From Malacoraja senta (Eukaryota): a stretch of 64,000 nt of DNA. The translations under genes and the position numbers were made by a program. The stretch's first letter is position 1. The number at the start of each line of letters is the position of its first letter. The stretch covers positions 6,448,001 to 6,512,000 of the forward strand of contig CM075989.1 in NCBI GenBank assembly GCA_038087875.1. The letters run 5' to 3'. Below, piece after piece: positions 37,754 to 51,025 of this stretch. The notes beneath the pieces were generated by a model. The model ran no database searches. It worked only from the letters and a program-made list of their open reading frames with translations, and was not told where the DNA came from.

Positions 37754-39393
37754 TGGTGCCCTCCATAATGTCTGGGACAAAGGCACATTATTTATTTATT
37801 TGCCTCTGTACTCCACAATCTGAGATTTGTAAAAGAAAACAAATCACATGTGGTTAAAGTGCACACTGTCAGATTTTAATAAAGGCCATTTTTATATATT
37901 TTGGTTTCACCACGTAGAAATTACAGCAGTGTTTATACATAATCCCCCATTTCAGGACACCATAATGTTTCGGACACAGCAAAGTCATGTAAATTAAAGT
38001 AGTCATATTTAGTATTTTGTTGCATATCCTTTGCATGCAATGACTGCTTGAAGTCTGCGATTCATGGACATCACCAGTTGCTGGGTGTCTTCTCTGGTGA
38101 TGCTCTGCCAGGCCTGTATTGCAGCCACCTTTAGCTTATGCTTGTTTTGGGGGGTAGTCCCCTTCAGTTTTCTCTTCAGCATATAAAAGGCATGCTCAAT
38201 TGGGTTCAGATTGGGTGATTGACTTGGCCACTCAAGAATTGACCACTTTTTAGCTTTGAAACACTCCTTTGTTGCTTTAGCAGTATGTTTGGGATCATTG
38301 TCTTGCTGTACAATGAACCACTGGCCAATGAGTTTTGAGGCATTTGTTTGAACTTGAGCAGATAGGATGTGTCTATACACTTCAGAATTCATTATGCTAC
38401 TACCATCAGCAGTTGTATCATGAATGAAGATAAGTGAGCCAGTACCTTCAGCAGCCATACATGCCTAGGCCATAACACCCCCACCACCGTGTTTCACAGA
38501 TGAGGTGGTATGCTTTGGATCTTGGACAGTTCCTTCTCTCCTCCATACTTCCACTCCGATATAATTTAATCTACATCTCATCTGTCCACAAGACCTTTTT
38601 TCCAGAATTCTGATTGCTCTTTTAAGTACTTCATGGCAAACTGTAACCTGGCCATCCTATTTTTGCAGTTAACCAGTGGTTTGCATCTTGCAGTGTGGCC
38701 TCTGTATTTCTGTTCATGAAGTCTTTTGCAGACAGTGGTCATTGACAATTCCACTCCTGACTTCTGAAGAGTGTTTCTGATCTGTCAGACAGGTGTTTGG
38801 GGATTTTCCTTTATTAGAGAGAATTCTTCTGTCATCAGCTGTGGAGGTCTTCCTTGGCCTGCGAGTCCCTTAGCGATTAGTAAGCTCACCAGTGCGCTCT
38901 TTCTTCTTAATGATGTTCCAAACAGTTGATTTTGGTAAGCCTAAGGTTTGGCCAATGTCTCTAACAGTTTTATTCTTGTTTCTCGTCTCATAATGGCTTC
39001 TTTGACATTGATTGGCATAACTTTGGTCCTCATGTTGATAAACAGCAATAAAAGTTTCCAAAGGTGATGGAAAGACTGGAGGAAAGACTAGGTGCTGAGA
39101 GCTCTCTTATACCTGCATTAAGGAGGCAATTAAACACACCTGAGCTATTACAAATGCCTGTGAAGCCATGTGTCCCAAACATTATGGTTCCCTGAAATGG
39201 GAGGGACAATGTATAAACACAGCTGTAATTTCTACATGGTGAAACCAAAATGTATAAAAATGGCCTTTAATAAAATCTGACAATGTGCATTTTAACCATA
39301 TATGATTTTTTCCATTACAAATCTCAAATTGTGGAGTACAGAGGCAAATAAATAAATGATGGGTCTTTGTCCCAAACATTATAAAGGGCACTG
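37754..39393 (-). mobile_element. Second full-length degenerate copy of the same Tc1 family (DD34E), in the last CTC1 intron
   Basis: Same TIRs; QQD-(34 aa)-E ending SPNLNPIE; TA at the right flank. Confidence 0.95.
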
Positions 39394-40679
39394 TAGATGA
39401 CACCACATTCCACAAAAAGAACAAGTCCCATATTTTCTGGATGGTACAGGACGTTATTTTATAATCTGATTGAGCTGAACTTTGCTTTTTGTTTGTAATT
39501 AACAGATCCAAAGAGTTATATGAATTTTAAAAAATTCCACCATCATCAAATAATCAAACATCTTACCTTTTATGGTAGAGTCAGTCTTCCACATTCAAAC
39601 TATTTCATACATATTAATATTCATACTTTAATAATACTTAACTTCATTACAGATCAACCAAGAATGAACTGAACACAGTAAACACTTTATAATCCATTGA
39701 TCACATACCTTAACATCTTACCACATTATGGCAACCACAAACATCTGTGCATTTGTTAACCAAATATGAATATATATGGGGGGAAAAGCAGCACATTTCT
39801 GACCAGATCAATGGGATGCAAACAAGATCATAACAGAATTGTATTCCAGCTCATCTTAAACCAATTACTCCATGCCAAATCAGAAATATGAACACAAGCA
39901 AAACTGGTGACATTTTAAAAAAGTTCCCAATTATTCCTATTTACCTGCCAAGAAACTCATCCGCAGAATGACAAAAACTAGATCTCTTGATCTAATCAAA
40001 TAATGGTGATTTGCATGCTTGTTAGACACAGTGAAAGGTGATTGATTGGCTCTACATTGCCAAGTTAGAAAAAAATATCTTGATTGAAAGATTTATTGCA
40101 GTTGCAACATGATCTGCCAACAGCATAATCCAACGTACTAACCAGAATAACATCCAGATATTGATACAATTTCACTGTATTACTGGTTACAAAGTGAATT
40201 TTAGTTGCATTTGGCAAATTTCCAAACACAATATTCAAGTTTTGTTTTGGAGGGGTGAAACAGGATGCAGCAAGCGACAAGGGAAAATATTCCCTTTATT
40301 TTATTTTCATTCCAAACAGAGGCCAGCTGTTTATCAGAATTCCGTCAAAGCTTCTTTAAAACCAGGGGTAAATAGAAATGGAAACGAAAACATAGCAAGC
40401 TCAATCAATCTTCAGTATACATTTTTGGGAGCTTGGCTTCCCCTCACCAAAACCCATTGCGACTTGGATTTGGAATTCTATGGACAATATTGTTCTATAG
40501 AGTTTACGCTGTTGCTTCAATGCACTAATCATCCTATTGGATATGACTGGAAAGTACAGCATTTAATGTCCACTTTCAACTGTCCCAGTAATTAATAATT
40601 AAGACAATTAATAGTTCAACACATTAAATCTGGCATCATTTATAGGATGCAGCATACAACGATGGTACATTTAAATGCT

Positions 40680-41250
40680 TGTTATGGCGCATCTGTAGAA
40701 CTCTCAACTTCTGCCGATGTGCCGTAGAAAGCATTTTATTGGGATGCATCACAGTATTGTTTGCGAATAGCTAAATCCAAGACCACAAGAAATTGCAGAG
40801 AATTGTGGACTCAGTCCAGACCATCACAAAAAACAACCTCCCTTCCATCGACTCCATCTGCACTTCACCTCAGCGAGGCCACCAGCTTAATCAAGGACGA
40901 GTCTCAGCCCCGGTCACTCCCTCTTCTTCCCTCTCCCACCAACAAAAGGTACAGAATTGTGAAAATGCATACCCCCAGATTCAAGGACAGTTGCTTCCCA
41001 GCTATTATCAGACAACTGAACCATCCTATCACCAACTAGAGAGCGATCCAAAGATACCATCTACCTCATTGGAGACCCTCGGACGATCTATAAATTTGAC
41101 TGCCTTGCTCTGAACATTATTCCCTTATATGTATCTGTACACTGTGGACGTCTTAAATGCAATTATGTATTGTCTTTCCGCTGACTGGATAGCACGCAAC
41201 AAAAAGTGTTTCACTATACCCTTGGTACATGTGGCGATAAACTAAATGTG
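40680..41250 (+). mobile_element. Rex1/Babar-like LINE 3' fragment
   Basis: LQRIVDSVQTIT..LPSIDSI and YRIVKMHTPRFKDSCFPAIIRQLN motifs; tail shared with 2360-2485. Confidence 0.75.
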
Positions 41251-41499
41251 AACCGAGTTTTACGATAGTCCAGTCACCTCATGCCATCACTGCTATTAAA
41301 ACTAGATGTTGTTCATACAAGCACAACCTTAATCAAAACTAGATGTTGTTCATACAAGCACAAATGGAAACAGTGGCAGGTCATTTAAACTTGAAGGGTC
41401 TCGATCCAAAACATCACCCATTCCTTCACTCCAGAGTTGTTGCCTGTCCTGCTGAGTTACTCCAGCATTTGGTGTGTTTATCTTCCATTTAAACTTGAA

Positions 41500-42360
41500 G
41501 TCTGTTCCACCAAGCAACATGATCCAGATCTATCTCCACGTATAGCTTGGTTCCTCTAGCCTAAAGAAAGCCTCCTTAAATATATTTAATGATTTGGATT
41601 CAACTATCTTCAGTGGTAGAGAATTCCACAAGTTTAATCACATTCTTTGACAAGCTTTTCATCTTCATTGGCTCAAATCATTACATTGCGAGCCCTGACC
41701 CTGGACTACTTGGCCTTCAAGAGTATCCTTCCAGCAACTGATCTGGCCAGTGCTGTTAAAATGATGTAGGTGTCTACCACAGCCCTTCTCAGAACTCAAA
41801 CTCTAGTGAATACAAGCCCAATTGAGCCACTCTCTATTCATATCTGTCGAGCCTGCAGGTAAGAAGATCTAAACCGTGCATAATTCTCACGGCGCATCTC
41901 ACCAAGGTCCTGTACAATTGCAGCAAGATATCCCTGGTTCTATATTCTAATCTTCTTGCAATTTAAGCCTTCTTAATTACCTGCATACTGACTTTCAGTG
42001 ACTGGTGCAGAAGGACATCCGGGTCTTGTTTCACCTCTCCCTTTTCCAATCGATCGACATTCAGATAATATACCTTCCTGTTATTACCAAAGTAGATGAG
42101 CTCAAATTTATCTACATTAAACCACACCTGCTATGTATCTGCTCATGTCCTGAACCTGTCCAAATCAACCTGGACCTCTCTACAATCACCCTCCTACCCG
42201 ACTGCATTTAGCCTGCCAATTCGTATATATTACAATTAATCTGTTCATCCAAGATCAATAATGTTCGGTGAATACCTGGCACTGATCTCTGTGGCACCCC
42301 ACTTGTTAGCTTCCCACTCAAAGACCTAATTAGTCCCACTTTCGACTTTCACTGTTATTA
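41500..42360 (-). mobile_element. Old, decayed CR1-type LINE fragment
   Basis: Residual similarity to CR1-like RT sequence (gaattccac, gtgcataattctc, tacattaaacc, gatctctgtggcaccccac). Confidence 0.45.
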
Positions 42361-44899
42361 AACAACTTTCAGTAAATTGATACTGTGATATACATATGAT
42401 CCTTCACAATTTCATCAATCCGAGTGCTGTAATTATTATTCACTAATTTTATGGCCACATCTGACATTCGCTCCAATTAAGGGAATACATAGAGAACAAT
42501 TTAACATGACTAATGGATCTTTAAACAAGTTGCGTGCAGTAAATCATGCGAGTGTGGACGCCTGAAGCAAGGTACACAATGGCAGGCACAAGTGAAAAAT
42601 TCCACTGTAGTCAAAGTGCCACGTCCCTTTTTAATCAATGTTAACTAAATTAACCCTTTTAACCACAAGTTAGCACATCACCGGGAGATTGCAAAAGAGA
42701 GTGAGGAAATACTGAAGTAATCGCTATCTTCACTCTCGCTTTTGGAGTGCATAACTAGGTTAACTAATTCTTGTTAACACTACCGTCAGAGTGGGATTGT
42801 TGCTGCCTCAACAATTACTACTCGCATACCAAGTATACACAGCTTCAGTTGCCATTCATCAACAATCAGCATATAAAAATGTATAGAACTGTATACTGCA
42901 TCTGGAGTATGGAGTTGCTAACTTTGATCAAAAGATGGATATATACATTGCAAAGAGTTTATTCCATAGTCTTTAGAATTCTACAAACGTAACCTTTCTT
43001 TCAGTACTCTATGTATGCAAAAATCACAGAAAATCCCACTTTGTTCACGATGACCACAAAAGCTAAAGGTGAATCCCACATTTCACCTCTATATCTGCAG
43101 CACGAGGTCACAGCAGTTTCCCCCAAGTATTTTCCTAGCTCCACATTAACACAAAAAAGATCCAGAACAACTCTCCTCCAGAACAACAATTTTTCCTCAA
43201 CTTTAATCCTAGGACTAACTGCTAATCTATGTCACTAATTATTAACATTTCTATTTAAAGAAATTAGTCCTTTCTGTTCAGTCTATTCAAGCCTCTCACA
43301 TTTTACGTACTTGATTAAATGCTCCCACGACCTCTTTTGTTCCAAACAACTAGGGCCTGGCTATTTTTTCCCCCAACTAATTCTCTGGCAGCAGACAGGT
43401 AAATAGCTTCTGAATTCCCGTTGGAACCAATGCATTTTTTCCATAATACTACCAGAACCAAACCATTTTCCTTGCTATGCATGGTCCCTACTTGGGTTAG
43501 TTTTCACCACCTCTTTCTAGCCCTGAATGTGGAAGACCAACAAATTGAAGCAGAGCAACTCATCAAGGACTGACTATCTTTAGTCAAAGAGTGGTGAATC
43601 TGTGGAATTCATTGCCACAGAATGCTGTGGAGGCCATCAATCGATATTTTTAAGACAGCGATTGATAGATTCTTAATTAATATGGGTTATGGGGAGAAAG
43701 CAGGAGAATGGGGTTGAGAGGGAAAGAAATGATTGAATGGCGGAATGGCCTTGATGGGCTGAATAGCCTAATTCTGCTCACAACACTTATGACTAGGTGA
43801 ATGAGCCAAATGTCATTGACTCCTCTATTAAATTCGACAGATAATACTTTTCCCCCCCATAATATTTAAATCATGTTTTCTTTACCATATACTTTCTTCT
43901 CATGGATCAAGAGAGCACTTGCTTGAGGGAGAGGAAGTACTTTTAAAGAAAAAGGCTTTCCAATGAAGAGGACAACCGGGGTGGATATATTTTAGGAAAT
44001 AAAGAACTGAGCAGGTAATAGCACCAATGGCTTTTGTGCTATGTTTGGGGTTAAAGCTGCAGAGTTACAATACAATATAATAGTTAAGAAGGCAAACTGG
44101 AAATAATGGGATGAACCCCATGGAGCAGAGAAAATATTAAATGTTTAACCATTTTATAATTATGACTTTGATAGAATAAAACAACTTTTACAGTGAGTCA
44201 AAGGCAAATGGACACAATTTTGACAAAGACAAAGGATATCTGGTCAAATCAATTTTAGATGGATCACTGTTATAACACAAAGTGCTTTGAAACAAGGAAT
44301 TGAGACAAAGACCATTGTTCCTTCATAGGTAAAACCTGAAGAGAAAAATATAACAAAGAAAAAACTGTCCCTGATGAGAGCATCCACTGTCAAACCAGTC
44401 GGTGTACATAGTTGTAGTTCTATAGTCATAGACTATAATTAGAACCTAATGGGTTCACAGCAAAACAAAATGAACAACCCATTTGTACTTACATAAGTAC
44501 AAAGGACTCTTTGAACAATGCCACATCAAATGGAACAGATGAATACCATTGCAAAAACACTAACTGGAAATCATGGGTCAAATTTCACATGTTTAATGGT
44601 TCACCAACTACTCTGTTCCAAGTTGAGCAATAATTTCCTTACGATAAGGTTTTAAAGCAAAAAATTAATTTTAATTATGAAAAACACCAAGGCAGCATTA
44701 ACAGACATTAAAAAGCCATGTTTAGAAATGTTGTCATGTGTGGAGAGGAGAAGAATGAGTTGAACCGGCAATGGGGCAGAATGGACAAAGATCTAAGAGC
44801 TGCATGTTGAACAAACAAAGTGAAAGCAGCGAACACGAGGTAACAAATGAATAAACAGGTCATAACATGTAAAAGCAGCCAGAGCCCCTCAAGTCAATA

Positions 44900-45187
44900 A
44901 GATTACTGTCGTCCTGCTCGTTATCATCTTTCTCACAGCCAACAATGGACCATAGTGGGCTCCACCTTTCCTTGATCATCCTTGCTGGCTTTGATTTGTT
45001 CTTTTGCACATATTTCAATAATTTGTTCTATGTACGTTTTCATATCTCTGGTTTCCCTCTCCTGACACTCAGTCTAAAGGGTCTCGACCTATTCCTTTTC
45101 TCCAAAGATGCTGCCTGACCCGCTGAGTTACTCCAGCTTTTTGTCTATCTTCAGTGTAAACCAGCATCTGCAGTTTCTTCCTACACA
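44900..45187 (+). mobile_element. Penelope-like 3' end, subfamily A
   Basis: Matches the 3'UTR of 18232-18645 and the family tail. Confidence 0.75.
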
Positions 45188-48100
45188 AGATCACAGTTGA
45201 TCTTGTATCCTATTCATTTCTTGTATCCCTCGATTTTAGTGGGAAAAATGCTTAGCCTTAAAATATTCCGAATCCAATCCTCCGATGAGGAGAATAGGTA
45301 ACAAAACACCTCACGTCATTGCCAATAGTCATTATCCAAAGAAAATAGCTTCCAGCAATCACTCGCGGAATCTTGTATCTCATTCGTCTGCGGCCCATGG
45401 AGTCTTTGTTAATTATTCTCTCCTCATAAAACAAAATCTTACCTCAGAATTAATCTAGTCAATCAATTCCAACATATCATACCAACAATTGCTACTGTAC
45501 CCAAATATTAATTGTTTTGCATTTCATGAACCAGCACACCAAGATCCTTCTGCAACTCTGAATCCTCAATTTGGTTTCCCCCCCCCCCCCCCCCCCCCCC
45601 ATTCCAATGATCAAATCAAACCTCACATTTTATATATTGAGCTCCATCTACCACTACCATGGCCATGTGCTTAATATGCACATTGCTGGATTTCCTCACA
45701 ACTAACTTTCCCCCCTAGATTTATACCATTGGTCAATCCGAGTATAATTATTGTCACCTTTCTATCCAAGGTATTAAAAACTGAATAGCAGTGGGACACA
45801 ATCAGCAATATCTAGAAATGTGTAAAATACCAGATTATTCCCAATCTTAGTGTCTTTCAATCAATCCAAGATGGAGAAAAGGGTTCAAAAATATGAACAA
45901 ATAAAAAAGAGGTGCAGATGTCCCAGAGGGTTTAATGAATTCTGTTTTGTGGGGGACTTCCAGACGAACTCTGCTCATCCTCAGAGCTACCCTGGTTATA
46001 GGGATGGAAATATTTTCAGCTCACAGCCAAGGCACCTCTGACCATTCAAAGACCCAACAATACCATTCCTGGCCCTTAAAAGCAGCTCCAATCTAGTCTG
46101 GAGATGGAGGCTTACTAAAGACACAAGTGGGCTAGTGTCTGGAATGTACTTCCGAGGAATGATAGACCAACTGACTATATTTAACTGAAACAACGAGATT
46201 GCGAAGCCAAAAATAGCACCATGTTGAACATTGCTCACACCTGATGTTTGGAAATAGTTTCTTTTTTGGGGGTAGACAAAAATGCTGGAGCGAAGGAAAT
46301 AGGCAACGTCTCGGGCCGAAACCCTTCTTCAGACTGATGCAAGGTGGGGGGGGGCAGGAAGAAGAAAGGGAGGAGCCAGAGGGCTGAGGGAGAGCTGAGA
46401 AGGAGACAGCATGGGCTTTTTGGGGGGGGCTGCAGAGAATCAGGAGACGGCAGGAACTCTTTTTTTTAATGAACACTCATTGGAAAGTAAAACGTGCCCT
46501 AACAAGTTTTCGAGAACTCAAGTGTTTGGAGGCAGACTGAATAAACCAATGCAAAATGGCAGTGTCAATCCGCAAGCAAGCAGTTATGTTGCGATCTTCA
46601 ATAGAGATCCTCTGGAGAACAACACGAAAGACAAATTGCTCTCAAAAGGCACCTACCCTGAGAAAACTCCGCTCCAATTGCTCAAGTGCAAGAACTACTG
46701 CAGAGCTCAACAAGAGTAAATCACGGCAGAAAAAGTTGGAACCCACCAGAACATTAGCCAGCATTAGGAGGTTAAAGACGAGCATCTAAAAAACGGTGCC
46801 ATCACAATTCAATGGTGAATACGATATCAGAAAAAGGATAAAACAAAAACATACTAACCATGAGACGGTTAACTGTCTTTCACTCAATACCAATGTTTGA
46901 TGGAAAGAGACAAACCAAAACTACTTGACTGTTCACAGAATTTTAGCCAAGATTAATTCCAGAACCAAATGAGAAGGGTAAAGGAAAGAAACTCAGATAG
47001 CAGGAAGGAACAGAAGATTTTTTTCCTGCTTTGGCAGCTGTTATTGGGCCTGGTAAAAAGAAATACCACAGACTACCTAGTATGAGAACAACGAACAATA
47101 CAGCACAAAAACAGACCCTTTGGCCCACAATGTCCTGTGCTGAACATGATGCCAAGACCATCACTTATCTACCTGCCCATAACACACACCCCCCCCGCCC
47201 TCCCCCGTGCCCAGCAGATCCATATGCCTATCCAAATGGAGTTAAAACGTTCAGCTTCACAGAACATTGGAAGGCTAAACCCATTTGTTCTTAAGGTACA
47301 AAAAAGGTGGAAGAGCAAATCGCATCTTGCAAATAAATGATCCTATAAATTCATTAAGAAGGAACTGCAGATGCTGGAAGGCAGATAAAAATGCTGGAGA
47401 CTCAGCGGGTGAGGCAGCACCTATTCCTTCGCTCCATAGATGCTGCCTCACCCGCTGAGTTTCTCCAGCATTTTTATCTACATCCTACAACATCAACTCT
47501 CTTTCCAAAATCAGAGTTCAGAGATACCTCTGCAATGCCACAGTCGTTCAGTATTATCAAAGGCTTTATCTTTTGGACCTGGAGCAACTGTTTTGGGTGA
47601 ACGTGTAAGATCCAGTGATGATATTACAAGGTGATAAGAACTCCTACAGATATCTTAATTAACAATACAATGTCAATCCACACCACCAGAATCAAATCTC
47701 AGGTCTTTGATTGGTACTCTCAATAACCTAACAATGGTTGACATATCTGCATTTAAACAGCATTACATTTCAAAGATAAAATGCACATGAAGCACCTAGA
47801 TCCAAGGTTATAAATGTGTTTGCATTGAAATCAGTTAAATATGCAATTTAATGTAAAATATGATGCTTGCATTAAAGAGCTACAAGAATGAACATGAAAA
47901 CCACGTTAGATTTGATCTTGGAGCAAAGCCAACAGCACCGAATAAGCACGCTGCACCAAATGGCTGCCTCCCATGTCACATTTTACAGATGGTGTAGATA
48001 GATATTTATTTGTTGTCATTTGAACCTAAGTTCAAACGAAATTCTGTTTCTGCAGTCATACAAAGGAACAGAATTTGTTCAACAAGGAACTGCAGATGCT

Positions 48101-48540
48101 GGTTTACAAAGAAAGACACAAAGTGCTTGAGTAATTCAACGGGTCAGACAGCATCTCTGGAGAACATGAAGAGGTGACGTTTCGGCCCTTCTACAGATCC
48201 TTGTGTTGAGACCCTTCAAGTTTGAAGACTTCTCGCCCCTCCTCTCTTCCAGCTTTCTTCCCCTCACCACCCCCCCCCCCCCACCACAACCTGTCTGAAA
48301 AATGGTATTGACCGATGTTCTCCAGAGATGCTGCCTGACCCGCTGAGTTACTCCTGCACTGTGTCATCTATGCCCCCCAAAGGTTGATAAGTAAACTGTA
48401 CTTAGCCTTCTACCAATGCCATTTGCCAAGATATTTTGCAAGATCAGCTACAGGGTCACAATCTCTTGATCTCCCCTTTGAGGAAATACACCTGGCAACT
48501 TCATTAGATGATTTTCTTCAACTGCCTCCTCAAATGTAGA

Positions 48541-48733
48541 CAAAATGCTGGGGTAACTCAGCGGGACAGGCAGCATCTCTGAAAGAGAAGGAAAGGGTGA
48601 CTTTTCGGGTCGAGACCCTTCTTCAGATCCGAAACGTCCCCATTCCTTCTCTCCAGACATGCTGCCTGTCCTGCTGAGTTACTCCAGCATTTTGTGTCTA
48701 CCTTTGATTTAAACCAGCATCTGCAGTTTTTTT
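48541..48733. mobile_element. Fold-back Penelope-derived insertion with 12-bp TSD; neighbours at about 47355-47480, 48080-48365 and 49170-49412
   Basis: ctcaaatgtaga at 48529-48540 and 48734-48745. Confidence 0.85.
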
Positions 48734-50825
48734 CTCAAATGTAGAACTCAGCAAAAGAAAATCTACAGAATACCACGTTTCACAGATGCCAATGCATGTT
48801 AACAATGTTAAGGGGCTACAAGTTCAATTGTGTTATGTCTGGGGTTAGTCCTCCATTGCACAATAGGACTAAGGAACTATTTTAAATACAACCTTGCACG
48901 ATATTCACACTTTAAATTTAATAAATGGGAACAGACCCTGGGTTTATTCTGCACATCAAAAGATGGCTCATTTAAAGGTGCCAATTTTGGCCAACTGATT
49001 GGTACATTTGCCTCAGAAGCAGAAGACTGGAAATTCTGGAATCATTGTTATATCCAAGACAAATTACAAGAACAATTTGCACTGACGTGATGCCTTTACC
49101 ATAACAAAACGTTGCTATGCACAAAATATAATCATGTGCCAATGATGATGACACCAAGATAAAAAGGACTCATAGTGTTGGAGTAACTCAGCAGGCCAGG
49201 CGGCATCTCGGGAGAAGATGGATGGGTGACATTCAGGTTGAGATCCTTCTTCAGACCCTTTTGTGTCGAGACCCATCTTCAGTTCGAAGATGGATCTCGA
49301 ACCTAAACATCCACCCATCTATGCCTTCCAGAGATGCTGCCCAATCTGCTCAGTTACTCCAGCACTTTGTGTCCTTTTGGGTATTAACCATCATCTGCAG
49401 TTCTGTTTCTACGTTGGGATAGATGATAAAAAAGGTGTTGAAATGTCTTATAGAACAGAGCTCCAGAACCCAAGGGATTTCCAGGGGCGAGAGTCCCGAT
49501 AGCCAAATTCAGAGGCACTCGTCAAGGGGCAAGAAAAGTGAGGCTTTCTCAAGAGAAAAGTTGGTCGAATGCAGAGGTCTCAGACTGTGGGATTAAAAGT
49601 GAAGATAAGAGGAATGAAGTCAGGGAGGAATTTAAACTCGAGGGAAAATGGAGACATTAACAAACCAACATCTAATGAAGTCAGCAAATGTAGGAGGATA
49701 ACAAATGAACAGAACCTCGTGTGTGATATTTGGACTGCAGCGCTTTGGAGAAGTTCAATTGCAGAGGTTTGAAGATAGGAGGCTAACTAGAAGAGAATTT
49801 AAATAGTTGTGCCTGCAGGCAATGGGAAGGATGAGGGGTTCATCTGTAGATTGAAGTGGTAGTATTATGGTGGTTGACCGTGTTTCTGGCAGAGGAAGTA
49901 GCTGGATGTCATAGTTGCAAACATTTAAGTTCTGCCTGGGATAGGGGAGAGATTCAGTGCTAAAAGAACTGCATTTGTAATGAAACCCAAGACAATGGTT
50001 TCATATTAAGCAATGTTTAACTGGATGGAATTTTGACATCCGAAGCAGTTACTGTGATGACAAAGCCAGTGGAAGTGTGAAGTAAAATAAATATGGTGAG
50101 CGAGCGTTAGGTATAATAAGAGATGTGGAACATACTTGCTGTCATGTTACTGAGGGTAGCATATTAAATCAAAAAGCAAATTTAGATATGTGATGTAGTC
50201 CAGAGGTAATGGTGTGATGGAACAATCCATCACGGGACATTCTGTTGCTATGACTGGATAGACGAGAATAAAATCAGGAATAGATGTACTCCTTCTCTGA
50301 GACCCAACTAAGGTTAAGCAAATCAAAGCTGCTAACATATCAAGGATAACCAGGAAGGATTGTGCACTAATCATAAGCAACACCATATGTTATTTGAGAC
50401 TAAGACTTAGATTAAGACTTCAATGTATTTAGGAGGCAGTACTGACGTAATTCTGCATTATCAGAGAGAGAGAAAATCTTCCAATCAAGATTGGTAATTA
50501 AACTTTCTTTAGATCTCTGAACTGAGTATCCTGGGCAATTCCCCTCCCAAACCTAGCACCATGAAAATAAAATTCCCTGAAAATACATGTTCTACAATGT
50601 AGCATCTGTGACAAAATCAGCTTTTATTGCCAATTCCTAAACATCTTGTTTGTGAGCAACCTTGTTGAACTGCTGCTGTGCTGTGGAGAAGCAATTTTTG
50701 TACAGGAAGGATTCTATTTAGATCCAGCAGCAAGAAAACAAGTGACATATTTCCAGGTCTGGATATTGTGGTGGTGGGGGTGGTAGAGGTGGTGAGGGGG
50801 GGAGAGAGAGGAGGGGTTGGGTTTG

Positions 50826-51025
50826 NNNNNNNNNNNNNNNNNNNNNNNNNNNNNNNNNNNNNNNNNNNNNNNNNNNNNNNNNNNNNNNNNNNNNNNNNNN
50901 NNNNNNNNNNNNNNNNNNNNNNNNNNNNNNNNNNNNNNNNNNNNNNNNNNNNNNNNNNNNNNNNNNNNNNNNNNNNNNNNNNNNNNNNNNNNNNNNNNNN
51001 NNNNNNNNNNNNNNNNNNNNNNNNN
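50826..51025. other. Assembly gap (200 N)
   Basis: Run of N, preceded by G-rich low-complexity sequence. Confidence 1.

Noticed and set aside
40161..40595. 144-aa plus-strand ORF in the CTC1 intron
   Set aside because: Non-ATG start, AT-rich and no recognisable motif; consistent with chance.
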